DNA of 64,000 bases from the human T2T-CHM13v2.0 reference genome, Homo sapiens. The position numbers and the translations under genes are program-made. Location of the stretch: the NCBI RefSeq assembly GCF_009914755.1, contig NC_060933.1. One strand, 5' to 3'. The notes beneath the pieces were generated by a model. The model had not been told where the DNA came from. It saw only the letters and a program-made list of their open reading frames with translations, and ran no database searches. Positions 17,493 through 32,995 of this stretch are shown here, piece by piece; the first letter of the stretch is position 1; every line of letters begins with the position of its first letter.

Positions 17493-17984
17493 GAGGACTT
17501 TATATTCTTACCCATCAGTCTATTTGTCTCTTTATCAGTAGCATACTGTTTTAATTACTGTAGTTTTATAGTATATTTTCACACCAGGGAGAGCAAGATG
17601 AACTTTAAAATCAGTTGGTCATAGTCTACAAAAACTATTGTTGAGATTTTGAGTAGAATTGCCTGAATTTATATAGATTAATTTTTTGGAGAATGAACAT
17701 CCTAATATGGAGGTTTCTCAATTGGAAGTATGACTATAAACAGGCAAAATAAAACTTGTACACAAATAATTGCATTCTTCAGCAAAAAAAGTGCAGAAGA
17801 CTATATATTATGCAACCTTTTGTGGGAAAAGAGAAGTAAATAAACATATATATTCACATTTGTTTCTAAATGCATAAAGAAACTTCAGAAGGATTATAAG
17901 AAAGTAATAAGAATGATTACCTGTTGGAGTGGTGATGGGAATGGGTTGAGTATGCCACTTTTCACTTTATGTTTTTGTATATTG

Positions 17985-19122
17985 TTTGTATTTTTTAAAA
18001 ATTCATACATAATGATCGTATACACTTAGGGAATATGTGTAATATTTTGATACATGCATACAATGTGTAATGATCAAAGGGTAATTGAAATCTCCATCAC
18101 CTCAAACGTTTATAATTTCTTTCTGTTGGGAATATTCCTAATTTTCTCCTCTAGCTATTTGAAATATAGAAGAAATATATAGTAAATTATAGTTAATAAT
18201 AGTCACCCTACTGTGCTCTTGAATACTAGAACTTACTCCTTTTATCTAACTATATTTTCGTACCCATTTACCAACATCTCTTCATCTTCCTCCTCCTTCC
18301 TTTCCAGCCTCCAGTACCCACCATTCTAATCTCCACCACCATGAGATTGACTTTTTTAAGCTCTCACATATGAGTGAGAACATGCAATATTTATTCTTCT
18401 ATGCTGGCTTATTTCACTTAACATAATATCCTCCAATTCCATTCATCTTGCTGCAAATGACAGCATTTCATTTCTTTTATAGCTGAATAATATTCCATTG
18501 TGTATCTATACCTAATTTACTTTATACATTCGTTGATGGATATGTAGGTTGATTCCATTATCTTGGCTATTATAAATAGTGCTGTAATAACTATGGGAGT
18601 GAAGATATCTCTTTGATATACTAATTTCCTCTCTTTTGCATATATATCCAGCAATGGGATTGCATTCTCTTTTTAGGTTTTTTGAGGAACCTCCAAACTG
18701 TTTTCATAGTTGCTGTACTAATTGACATTCCCATCAACAGTGTATACGAGTTCCTTTTCTCCACATTGTCGCCAGCATTTGTTATTTTCTGTTTTTTTGG
18801 TAATAGCCATTTAAACTCGGGTAAGATAATATTTCATTGTGGTTTTGATTTGCATTTCCCTGATGATTAGTGATGTTTAACATTTTTTCATCTACTTGTT
18901 GACTATTTATATGTCTTCTTTTGAGAAATATCTATTCAGATGTCTTGCCCATTGTTTTATAATCAAATTCTTTTTTTTTTTTTTTGCTGTCAAATTGAAT
19001 TCCTCTTATATTCTTGTTATTAATGCTTTGTCAGATGCATAGTTTGCAAATATTTTCTCCCATTCTGTAGGGCATCTCTTCACTTTGTCGATTGTTTTCT
19101 TTGCTGTACAGAAGCTTTTTAG
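17985..19122 (-). mobile_element. L1MA-type 3' fragment
   Basis: Antisense L1MA 3'UTR (ttttgatacatgcatacaatgtgtaatgatcaa) and ORF2 3' end up to cagaagctttttag. Confidence 0.88.
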
Positions 19123-19620
19123 CAACAGCAGCAGCAGCATTAGACATGAATTTCCCTAGTTGGTCCCACGTCATTCAGAATGCTTTTCTGGAGTAGACAG
19201 TTAAGATTAAAGTTCTTTTATTCTTCTTTTCAGGCGACGAAGCTCAGTGCACATTAAGTTACCTCAGTGAAGCTTCTGTTTTGATCCAAAGTGTTTCAGC
19301 CTTGTCCTCTTAGTTCAAGCTGGATCAATTAAATATCGCAATCATTACAAGGCAGCTCTTTCACAGCTCACTTATTCATCAAAGTAATTAAATTTGTTAA
19401 CAAATGTATAGAATTGCATATATTGAACAGTCTCAACTACCTTGGTTTATTTCGTTCATTAAACTTAACCATTATTTCCTATGTGACTATAAGAGTCATT
19501 GTCTTTTAAGTTTATATTGTGAGCCAGGACTTTGCTTTTGGTATGTTTTTTAAAAACAGCTTCATCATTAAAAAAATCATTAAAAAGTATTATTATTATA
19601 ATAATACACCGTGCCCAGCC

Positions 19621-19762
19621 TCTTTTTGTTTTTAACTTGTATTTTAGGTTCAGGGGTACAGGTGCAGGTTTGTTACATAGGTAAATTGGGTGTCACAGGG
19701 TTTAGTATACAGATTATTTTTTTCACCCAGGTAATAAGCATAGTACCCGATAGATAGTTTTT
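19621..19762 (-). mobile_element. L1PA15/16-like 3' tip
   Basis: ttttaggttcaggggtacaggtgcaggtttgttacataggtaaa. Confidence 0.85.
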
Positions 19763-20695
19763 ATGTCATAGATGGGTTATTTCTTGAATGGCCCCTGACA
19801 TTCCAGATTTAGGGACAGTTCTGTAATAATTATCCAAGAAGCTGAATATCTATTGTCATTCTCTCCAACTTTGACCTAGAGTCTTCACTTTGTCTGTGTC
19901 CAACTTGCCATGGGGTTTAGGAGAAATGAAAGGGAGCTTGGCTATAGCTGCTGAAGATGCAGTTACAGAAGTGGAGAGGCAGGACAGTGGGGAAGAAGGT
20001 AATTTGGAGGGTTTCTAAATGTCAGTTTTCAGGGACAGTGCTCCAGTAATGCTCTTTCCATTGCATGTTATTGTAATAAGTTTAGAAAAATGGTTGTGTT
20101 TCAACAACAGTGCTGTGGAAACATACCATGCCCTTTCTCATGATGGCACATACAGGTAGAAAGAACATCTATTTTTAAAAGTTCAGTAACATAAATTAGC
20201 TTGAACCCCAGACTTTAATTTTGAAGGAAGATTAGATTGGATCTAAATAATTGAAGACACGTGGAGAAACATTTTAATAAAACTTCGTAATTTGACTCAC
20301 AGTTCCTTGAGTCTTTACCCGCTCACTCTCATTAGCTGTATCATGACCAGGTGGCTGGTGAGAATCATTTAATAGCCTGAACACTTGTGGGGCTTTTTTA
20401 CCCAGCTGAAAGCTGATTATGTTCATTAGGAAAAAATAGTTCAGTCCATCTTCCCCAACCCGAACAGCCCATTCATCCTCTATGTCACTTTCTACATTTT
20501 TTACATTGTAATGCATGCCAATAAAGAACAATACACTTGTGTGGCTGCACTTCACACAGAACCTTCACAGTTATTATTTAATTTACATTATATAGCTTCA
20601 ATTGTAAAGTAAGTCTTTTATTGTAAATCCCTAGACTATAGTCACTGAATATATTTAAATTCTCTTGGCACAATTTATAATCAAGAATGCTTTTT

Positions 20696-21053
<358 letters not shown>

Positions 21054-21415
21054 TTACTCAGCATTGTTCAGCAGCCAGGTACAGTTTGTTGAAGGATGCC
21101 TGCTACTCCTCCCACCTGAGATGCCTTGAATTTATGGTCACCATCAGGCCTAGGCATAAGCTAGCCTTCTTTTCTCTCTCTTTCATCTTCAATGGTTCCT
21201 TTTCTCTATACTTTTCATCTTCTTTCTCTCTGTGTTTTTATTTTCTTATACAAAATTTACCTTTTCTCTAAGGTTCCAGTTGCATAGCATCTTAAACTGG
21301 GAAAAAACCCCTCACAACCCCACATTTTAATAGAAGCAGCTTTTTATAGGTATGTTAACTTACTAGTGGGAATGACCCAGTTTAAAGTAGTTATGAGTAT
21401 TTCTGGTGATGTGAC

Positions 21416-21700
21416 TTTTTTTTTTGTTTTGGAGACGGAGTCTCGCTCCGTCGCCCAGGCTGAAGTGCAGTGGCGCAGTCTCGGCTCACTGCAAGCTCCG
21501 CCTCCCGGGTTCACGCCATTCTCCTGCCTGAGCCTCCCGAGTAGCTGGGACTACAAGGCGCCCGCCACTGCGCCTGGCTAATTTTTTGTATTTTTAGTAG
21601 AGACGGGGTTTCACCGTGGTCTCGATGTCCTGACCTCGTGATCCGCCCGCCTCGGCCTCCCAAAGTGCTGGGATTACAGGCGTGAGCCACCGTGCCCGGC
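21416..21700 (-). mobile_element. Young AluY with 12-bp left-arm deletion (AluYd/Yc3-type)
   Basis: Sense ATCGAGACCACGGTGAAACC; high CpG retention; TSD GTGACTTT. Confidence 0.9.
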
Positions 21701-22171
21701 GTGACTTTGTCTTAAAGGGGTAGGTATTGTCTCATTTGAATGGATAGTACACACATTTTAATCCTGAATGTCTGTACTGCTATAGCAGTCATTTCTCAAT
21801 TATCTGCAAAAGAGGCATAGGCCAAATAGAATAATTTGAACATTTGACTTGGAATGTGTGATATGATGTGAAGATTATTTTACTAATTACATTTGGTTTG
21901 GACTTATATTAAATGTTTCTCTAGAGTATGCAACAAACTTCTTCGAAAGAGAGGCAATCTAGAAATAATTGAGACAAGGGCAGAAGCCAAAGGACAATGA
22001 AAAAATTTCAGAAACAGGTGACTGTTTAATTAGTTATTTATTTAAATCTTGCCATATTCTGAAAAAGATTTTGAGGAGGAAAAATAGCTGTGGTTCCAAC
22101 TGGGAGCATTATGCCTTTTGAGGCCTAAATGTAAGATTCTAGCTCTTCGTCCCATGCAGGATTTTGCTGTG

Positions 22172-22400
22172 TGATAATAACAACAGTAATCATTCATGAT
22201 ATGTCCACTATGCTAAATATTTGACATGTTTTATCCCACTTAATCCTCAGATTCCCTGCTCTCCCTATTTACAGATGAGGCTCAGAGAGTTTAATTATCG
22301 TGCCCTAAGTGACACAGCTAGTCCATGGCAGAAGTATTCCTTGAACCCAGCTTGTGTGGCTCTGATGCCTGTGTTCCTAACACTTTCCTCCTACTGCCTC
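22172..22400 (-). mobile_element. MIR SINE
   Basis: taatcctca...tatttacagatgaggctcagagag...gacacagctagt. Confidence 0.85.
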
Positions 22401-23217
22401 TGATTTTGTTGATGATGAAAAGTTATGCAGCTGTGTCTGATCTCTAGGAAAAACATCTGGGCATCTTTAAAGTAGTTTTCAAAACCTGAAGCACTAAGAT
22501 GAATGTGAAAGAACCAGGCCTTGTTAATGTCAAATTATCTCATCTGAGAAAAGAGTTGTATTCATCTTACCAAGACAGTTTCCCTCCTTGTAGAAATTAC
22601 TTTGCAGAAACAATCGCAGTATCTAAATGTTGTCAGTTCACATCACTACTTTGTCAAGAAGAAGCTTAATGCTTGTGTTACATGATTTTAAACTTGTTTT
22701 CAGCCTGAGACTGGCATACCTAATTTTAAATATACTTGTATTTAAAGGATATTGTTGACTAGGTGGACTGCTGTCCATTAAGAAGTAAGGTTAGCATTTT
22801 TCTCTCTAACTTTCAACTTGATACTTTTTATATCCAGGCTATTAAATATATATCGGAAAGTTCTCTAGCAGATAAATCTCTTACCAAAGCAATTTAAGCA
22901 AGCAACAAAATAAAGGGGTAAAACATTTAGTTTTCAGATAACATATTCTGCAAGGACTGTCCTCTGTTTTTGTGGTATTGCACAGGGTTGTTTGAAACTG
23001 AAGATGCTATACTTGAGGCTTTTTGTGGCATCGGCTTCTGAATTCAACTCTGAAGTGAATGTGTTGCATTGCTTTCAAGTGTGGTGGTGATGAATTACTG
23101 AAGAAATTTCAATCAGAGGTAAAAATCTTAAATTCTTTTAGTTGCTTTATTTTTTTTAGAGGTCAAGAGTAACTCCTTTTTTGTGGGGGGAAGTGAAATA
23201 AAACTGACTTTGCTTCA

Positions 23218-23510
<293 letters not shown>

Positions 23511-23594
23511 TACTGTTTTGGTCTTCTCCCCACCCTTAAAGTGGAAGCACCCTGTAAACATGCATCCTTCATTAAGCAAACATGTTTTTTTTTT

Positions 23595-23665
23595 AAATAT
23601 CTTTTCTTTATAAATTACCCAGGCTTAGGTATTTCTTTATTGCAATGCAAGAACAGACTAACACA
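23595..23665 (+). mobile_element. MST-type LTR 3' fragment
   Basis: cttttctttataaattacccag...gcaatgcaagaacagactaacaca. Confidence 0.8.
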
Positions 23666-23911
23666 TAAAGTAATAATTTCACCTAATGTGATGAAACTAA
23701 CACGAAGCAACTATCCTGCATACAACTGAAAATGCAGTAATCCCTTCCCCAGAATTTGGCTTTCAGGATTTCAATCTTTATATTTAGGGTCTTGTTTTTT
23801 GGGATTATGATAGGCACCAGGTTTCATAAGTACAGTCTCAATACACTTGAATGAGATGAGGCAAATGAATTTGACCTAAAGGGAATTATTTAGCCTGAAA
23901 GGAACCATTGC

Positions 23912-24230
<319 letters not shown>

Positions 24231-26373
24231 CCATTTACTGCCACATTGCTGAGGGGTAAATTTGACTTCTCCCAGTGGGAAGTGTCAACCTTTTTCCCTT
24301 CATGTACTACCAGACCGCTCCATTCCTTATTTTGGGGAAAAAAAAAAAAAAAAAAAAGATTAACAGTGGATTTTACTTTCTACACCTTTGATTATTATTT
24401 TACCTATAATATAATATGTACTCTGTAGCATGTTATAACATTCCTACTACTCTGTTTTTATTTAGAAACAAGCATTTTTTAAGGTTTTAACTTTTACCAG
24501 GCTTACCCTAATGATGCATTCAGCAAACCTTATGGGCCATCTACTCCATTCCAAGTACTTGCAGTAGGAAGGATGGTGAACATACCACAGAAAAGACACA
24601 TCCCTGGGAGTTTCTGTATTTCAGTTTGATAATAATTTACCTGAGGAAACTCTGGCTGAGACTCACATGTCTTAGGAGATTTGTAAAAAATAAAAGTACA
24701 GAATTTTTTTTCTTCTTTGATATGAATTTCAATATGGATTTTATTTAAAGAGGCTTTCCTGTTTCTTTTGGGAAGGGCATACAGCAATGGAGCCCCTGTG
24801 GTTTTCAGAAAACTTGCCTGCTTGCTGTTGAAAGTCTGACACAAAGTAAAAGAACTGTGCTGGGACTACTGGTGAACAGGGAGCTATTTGTGATAGAGAA
24901 AACATGGTATTTTTCCTCTGGTAAGATGTACATTTATTAGAGCATTTATCAAATAATTTGGCTTTTCAATACATTATCAGAAATTAGTGAGATTGGTTAT
25001 GAACTTAATTATGCTTTTCTAAAAAATGTTTTTAGCCTGCTCTCAAACATTTTGAAGTGGACCCTTATTAGAGTTACCAAATTGTATGAAAGCACATTGC
25101 CCTCAGCACATAAGGGTCACAGGTGGAATGTAGCAGGGTTGAAATGAAGGATAATGGAAAAATCCACTACTTGTGTTTGCTACTTAAATGTCATGGCTGG
25201 GTAAATGGATTTCTCTACTTCCTAGGACTCGGCTTCTACTACATTAGTCTGGCAGCAATTAGAGAGAAGAGGTTGCTCTGCAAATTGGCTTGGCGAACCA
25301 TGTAGTTCATCTTTTTATTGTGCAAAACAGAAAAAATTGCTTCTAATCAATCCACTTCAACTTTCAGTCTAAAAATTATTTACCATCCTATCAACTGAAA
25401 GTACTAGAGAAATGTTCTATTCGAATTAACTGAAGGGAAGAATCGTTTGTATCAATCCTTGATTACGATTATGGGGGAAGCAATAAAGAGATTACATCAT
25501 ACTATGATGGAATATTGAAGGAATAAAGAGACTGCATCATTATTGAGGTGTCCTTGCCAAATTGATTAATGCTTTTAGGATAATTAATCTATATTTCAAA
25601 TATAATTGAACTCTTATTAGCAAAATCAGAAATGTACAATTTAATGACTCTAATGCTCGAAAAGAGATAGATTTTCCGCTCAAAGAGAACATTATTAATT
25701 TTGAACTTTTCACAGTCTTTGCCTTTGATTCATATGGTTGATCAATCCCTCTGCTTTTTAACTGCCCTAGGATGTAACATTTGAGGTGCTTAGATAAAAG
25801 TTTATTATTCTTAATTTTCTCAGAACATAGATTAACAGAGAACTGATGTGATGTACAGGGAAATTTTACTAATTTCCACTTTGCTCATCAGCACAGTCAA
25901 TGGCTTTAAAAAGTGAATGAATAAATCACACTTCTAGATGATTTAAGTATAATAATTAGTTTGAGACAGTGCAAATTACAAAAGTAGACTCCTTTAAGCT
26001 GTGCCTTAACACAGCTGGCTTCATTAGGAAAACAACTAGGACCAGCAGCCAGGTCCGCCCAGAGGAAGAGAAGAGAAAGGATGAGTAGAGGAGGGGTCTG
26101 GTGGCAAGTTCTAATGAGATTTAGGGTGTTACAGGCTAAGAAACACTGGCCTCATTTGAGGAAAAGAAACCTCACCCACAGCTTCAAACCAGGTAAATAT
26201 TGTTCTGCTTCTCAGAAACCAAAGATTTCCTGGTGCAACAGGAGTCCAAATTTCTGAACAAAGAATCTTAGTAGAGATCAACAAAAAGTCTGTTGAAACC
26301 AACATTTTTTGATGAGTTCTAATTCTTCTCATTAGCTAAACCAAAATAATCTACATTAAAAATACTTAGTTCT

Positions 26374-26742
<369 letters not shown>

Positions 26743-27944
26743 TCAGATAATGTCATGTCTTTTTTGGTGTAGAGGTTTAAATTCTAGGCCTCCGTTTCAA
26801 AAGAAGCCCTTTTAACCTTTGTAAAAAAAATAAATGGAACTCCACTGGAGAAGCCTCCCCTTTTGCGGTCTCTCTCTCCCCCTTCCCCTTCATGATGCTC
26901 ATGAGCAGGCTTATGCCTGCAAGACAGGAAGAGACAGCTTGCTTCTGCTTTGATTCGAGTTTACTCTTCATTACCCATTCTCAGTTCTCCTCTCATTACT
27001 GGTGCCAAATATATTACTAACACTCAAACAAAGCTTCCTACCTCTTGCAGGTTAAGAGGGTTAAGTGCACATTGTGTATATGGTGCATATGAGACTGCCT
27101 GGACCACAGCATCCTAGTGCTTTAGTCCTCTGCTTCCACCTAGAAGGGCCTCATTAGAAGACTGAAGGGCAAGTATTCAAGAAGAGAGCAAGGATCAGGG
27201 AGGGACTCTGCAGTGCGATGCTTTATATAGACATAGGGCTCTCGGGTAGCCTCCTCCCTGTCAATGTGGAAGGAGGACTGCCGAGAGGATTTTTACGTGG
27301 TTGTGCTGCTACTGTCTAGTTAGACCTGAATGGTGGCTTCCAGGCTTTCCCTGTCTTTAAGGGTTGTTTATATATTACGCATTTAGTTCCAAGTCACAGA
27401 CTCTCAGGATGTTGGTTCCCTGATTGCAAAGATGAGAATGTTGGCTTAATGGATAATTTTCTCAGGTTCCTTCCAGTCCTAACATTTGAAATCATCTTGC
27501 AAACCTTCTCCATTCATGTATCAGGCATATTCCAGAAAACATAAAGTTTGGATAATCAGGAATGTAAAGAAGGTTCCAAATCCATCCGGAACACAACAGT
27601 ACATTTTTTCTTTAAAATTCTCTTCTTAAGCCTGTGTACACATGGAGTTCAAATTTTATTTGCACCAAGTTAGGCCGGCCCAAAGACCTGGTTAGCTCTC
27701 ACTAAACATTTCAGACACAAGCATCTCCCAGGGCAAGGATGTTCTGTGCATATTCATAAACAAAACCAGCTTCCCACATTAAGAAATGATGGTTCATTAT
27801 CATATTCTTGTTCAAATGTTTGGTTTGCTGAGAAGTTTGGGATTATAGAAGGATTCAGGGGAAAATGTGCAAAATATAAAATGAAGATTTTGTGCCATTT
27901 ATCTTCTAAGAGAGACTACAGCTAACTTGTATTTGTTTTGTAGG

Positions 27945-28031
27945 TTTCTCCTCCTCCTCTTCCTTCTCCTCCTCTTTTTCCTCCTCCTCTTTCTTTCTTC
28001 TTTCTTCTATTTTTTTTTTTTTTTTTTTTCC
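27945..28031. repeat. Polypyrimidine tract: (CCT)n, (TTC)n and poly-T
   Basis: About 85 nt almost purely C/T. Confidence 0.9.
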
Positions 28032-28379
28032 AGAAAGTACCTCTGGCAGCAAATGCTTAGGCACCTGTACAGGTCAGAACTTTGGCACGGTATTTGCCTA
28101 GGGAATGAACTCTCTCCCCCGCCCCCTATTAAAGGTTTATTTTGTATTTCTCTTGGGTTAATACAAACATTAAAATAGATATTAAAATTATTGTCTAGCT
28201 CCTCTTTGAACACTCATCTCATCGGAATGAAGCTAGGTGGGGAGACAGGGGCAGGCAGTCGATTCGACATTAAGGTTGACCACAGAGCACAAAAGTGCAC
28301 AGGACAAATTGAAAGTGTCTTTTGGCTAGTAAGTCTGTAAACCTAAATAGGAGGCGCTTTTAACTGGAAAACTGGTGAT

Positions 28380-28910
28380 ATTCACTTTAGCTCCCCCCGC
28401 CCCTGTGCCGGGCACCAGGCAGGGGCTCTGTCAGCCGCGCAGGATGAGAAGGACGTTCTGTGAGCGTCCCATTGTCCCTGGGAACCACTGGGATTGTGCT
28501 GTGCAGTTTCCAGTTCGCAGGAAAAGATGACATCTTTAGTCGCCTAGTTAGAGCTTCTGTTTTCCTGCCATTTCCAAGTCCAGCTGCCTGTTCTGCCTGG
28601 GAATGAGTGCAGGTTTCTGTGGGAGACCCCCGGGGCTGGCGCTTTCCACTGGGATGTTTACCCCAGCTCAGAAAGAGACCTGCCACCGGGACGCCATTCA
28701 CGAGGGGATCCCTTGTGCTTCCCCCCCGACCCCCTTTGTTTTTTCTTCTTTTAATGTTGCGGACAGTGAGGAGGGAAAGAAGGAGGGAGAAGTGTCACCT
28801 TCCCCCGGGGCTCGTGGCCGCGGGAGCGCGATCTGCGAGAGGCCAGGCCTGAGCGCAATTCCGCGGGAGCAGGTGGAAGAGTCGGGCGCCTGGACAGCGG
28901 TGCCAGTCCC
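28380..28910. promoter_or_regulatory. Small CpG-rich island (candidate promoter/enhancer)
   Basis: Only non-Alu CpG-dense stretch in the window; CCGCGG at 28818 and 28861, CCCGGG sites, GC boxes CCCCGCCCC at ~28395 and ~28117. Confidence 0.7.
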
Positions 28911-29211
28911 CTTTCATAGGTTAAAAAAAAAAAAAAAAAGCTTTTATATATTGAAGATGACAGAGGGTGGGGTTGGGGTTAGGGGGGGCTGGGAGGAAGA
29001 AGAAAGGGCTTGTTTAGGAAGCTGCGACAACCTGAGATTTAATGGATAAACGGTCTGTGTGCCTTTTTGGAAGGCGGATTCCGAGCTCTCTTCCCCTTTT
29101 TGTTCCGTTTACACTTCCAATTTTGGACTTCTTTGTGTAGTTTTACAAGAGGGATATCTCTTTTAAAAAAAAAAAGCACAACAAATTCCACACACAAAAT
29201 ATAAGTACAAA

Positions 29212-29519
29212 TCAGCTCTCTGCATGAGTGGGTCTCCATCTCTTGCTTAACCAACAGCTGATGGAAAATATTCCGGGGGGCAGTGGGGAGAGCTGACAAT
29301 GCAAAAATAAAAATAATATAAATAAAAACCAATATAGTATAACAACTATTCGCATAGCATTACACTGTATTATGTATATAAGTAATCTAAAGATGATTTC
29401 AAGTATACGGGAGCATGCGCATACTTTCTCATTTTATATAAGGAACTTGAGCATCACTTTTTGGTATTGGGGGTAGGTCCTAGAACCTATTCCCCCCTGT
29501 TTCCAAGGCAAGACTTTGT
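29212..29519 (-). mobile_element. MER2 (TcMar-Tigger non-autonomous element)
   Basis: gtataacaactatt...taagtaatctaaagatgattt...tatataaggaacttgagcatc matches reverse-complement MER2. Confidence 0.85.
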
Positions 29520-29744
29520 ATAAATTGCGTGACATATTAAATGTAATTTTAAAAACCTGGTAACATTTTCCGAGTTCCACAATGGCAGCATTTTCAGGAT
29601 TTTAGCCTAACCTTTAACCTAACAAAATACTATGATACTTCTTGGAGGTAGTTTTATTTTTAAATAATTTCCTTTTTCCATTTGGTAAGAAACATCTTGG
29701 TGTTTATGAATAAACTTAATGCTAAGGAGAGAGAATTCTGGTGT

Positions 29745-29992
29745 GCTCATGTTCTCACTTATAAGTGGGAACTAAAGAGTGGGTACTTATGGACATAAAG
29801 ATGGCAACGATAGACACTGGGGAGGGGGAGGGAGGCAGGGGTGAAAAAGTATCAGGTGCTATGCTCAGTACCTGGGTGACGGGGTCAATTGTATCCCAAA
29901 CCTCAGCATCACACAATATACCCAGGTAACAGCCCTGCACATGTACCCCTGAATCTAAAATAAAAGTTGAAATTATAAAAATAAAAAAAAAT
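29745..29992 (+). mobile_element. L1PA16/L1PB-like 3' fragment
   Basis: atgttctcacttataagtggga...gtacccctgaatctaaaataaaagtt; TSD AATTCTGGTGT. Confidence 0.92.
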
Positions 29993-30969
29993 AATTCTGG
30001 TGTATTTAAAGTAGTATCACACCATTCTATCATACACCTGGAACCAGGTAATATTTATATATGTACATGTGTATCTGTGTACACACATATATAAATATAT
30101 ATGAGTAAATAACCTTAGAATTCTAGAATATTAGGGCTAACTGAATCCTTTGTACCCAATGAACAGCCCCACTTACTCACTTGACAGAAGAGCTGATCTC
30201 ACAATACAGTTCTTTGTCTTCTTTTCAAGTAGTGCATTTCTGTTCTGTCTGCACTGGAGTGTTTTCTAAGAATTATGTCACGCCAGATCACTTTCATGAC
30301 ATGCCAGAAGCATATAATGTTTAGGCAATTTCAACTCATGCTTTTTAAGCATTTAGAATTAATTTTTACTTCTGCATTTCTGTTTTCCAAAGAAACACAT
30401 ACATGAATCCTGGATTCAGAATTTGCTTATGGACAGTGTTAACCAAACAGGGGCAAGTGAGTGCTCTTGTTTAACGGTTCTTTCATTCCTGTTATTTCCC
30501 TGTGTCCATAGAAAGGAGACACTGGAGTCAGGATCTTTCTAGTGATTTATGAGACATTTTAGAATGTATGGGTTTGTAATGGTTGTGGGAAGGGGCTATT
30601 TACTGAGGAGAAAGCCACAGTGAGTGAAAACACTTTCTCAGAAGGTTTCTCATTTCTCTGCAGCTGCTGAGCAAGTGCCAATGTCCATTTCTGCTTTAGA
30701 CTCTGGGGACCATGAAGAGCTCTTTTGGGAAGAGCCTCTTAGGGCACACACTAATCATGTTTCTCAGGTCTTACAGAGAGGTGGTGCTGCAGAGATTTAC
30801 ACACATGCGAGGGAAAATGGTAAACACTAAACATTCCTAAGTAGGGTTACATTTTAAAATACTGTCATTTTCTTTACCTTTTAATATCAGTGGATAAAGC
30901 TGTTCTATTTTCAAATACAACATCCTCCCTTTCCTGTCCAACTCCTGTTAACTGGCTATGGGTGTTTAT

Positions 30970-31525
<556 letters not shown>

Positions 31526-31606
31526 TGTGAAATCATTTGATTCCACAGAATTTTAGTTTTCATTTATCTGGTCAAATTAGAGCAATAGCTTTTAGTTCTC
31601 CACTGT

Positions 31607-32317
<711 letters not shown>

Positions 32318-32639
32318 TGATTTCTTTATTTTTATATAGCTCTAACATTTGAGGAAAATCAATTTAATTCCATAATAATAATAGACATTTTTTCAGTATT
32401 TAGTTTCTAAAGCTCTGTCCTGCACTTGTTCTTGCTAATTCTAACATTCATCTTGCAAGGCAGGCAGTGTATGGAAAATATCCCTAGACCACCAGCATCA
32501 GATGCAGAATTCCTTGGTGTGCCGATTTAAAATGCCAACTTCTGCATCCCCCGTGTACTAGGATTAGAATCTGGGCAGTCAGATGGGACCCAAGAAGCTG
32601 CCTTTTAAGAAGCCGTCACACATATGAATGAGTTAGAAA

Positions 32640-32995
32640 ACAATTCCATGAATTTTGGAATCAAAACCTTGATTTCTATACCATTTTTAGCTCTTTTTAA
32701 TTGTATGACCATAGGCAAGCTGTTTATAGAGTTGTGGTGAAGATTAAATTAGATAGTGTGCATAAAAACAGTAATGTTTAAGAGTATGAGTGATGCTGAA
32801 AGCTAATGCTTTTTTAGCACTATGTGCCAGACATTGTATAAACTTTGCATGTACAAACTTATTGAAGCTTCACAGCAACCATGTAAGAGAAGTCCCAATT
32901 TACAGAAGAGAAGGCTGGAGCACAGAGATTAAGCTGAGCCAGGATTTGGTATCAGGGAGTCTGACCTCAGGGTTGCATTCTTCAACTCTGTACCC
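32640..32995. mobile_element. Two MIR fragments in opposite orientation
   Basis: gttgtggtgaagattaaattagata; aatttacagaagagaaggctggagcacagag. Confidence 0.6.

Noticed and set aside
19234-19383. Isolated + strand exon candidate (ttcttcttttcag ... AAA|GTAATT)
   Set aside because: Weak donor and no recognisable coding content
28387-29049. 104-148 aa ORFs over the CpG island
   Set aside because: No recognisable domain; GC-rich DNA lacks stops by chance; one frame reads through a poly-A tract
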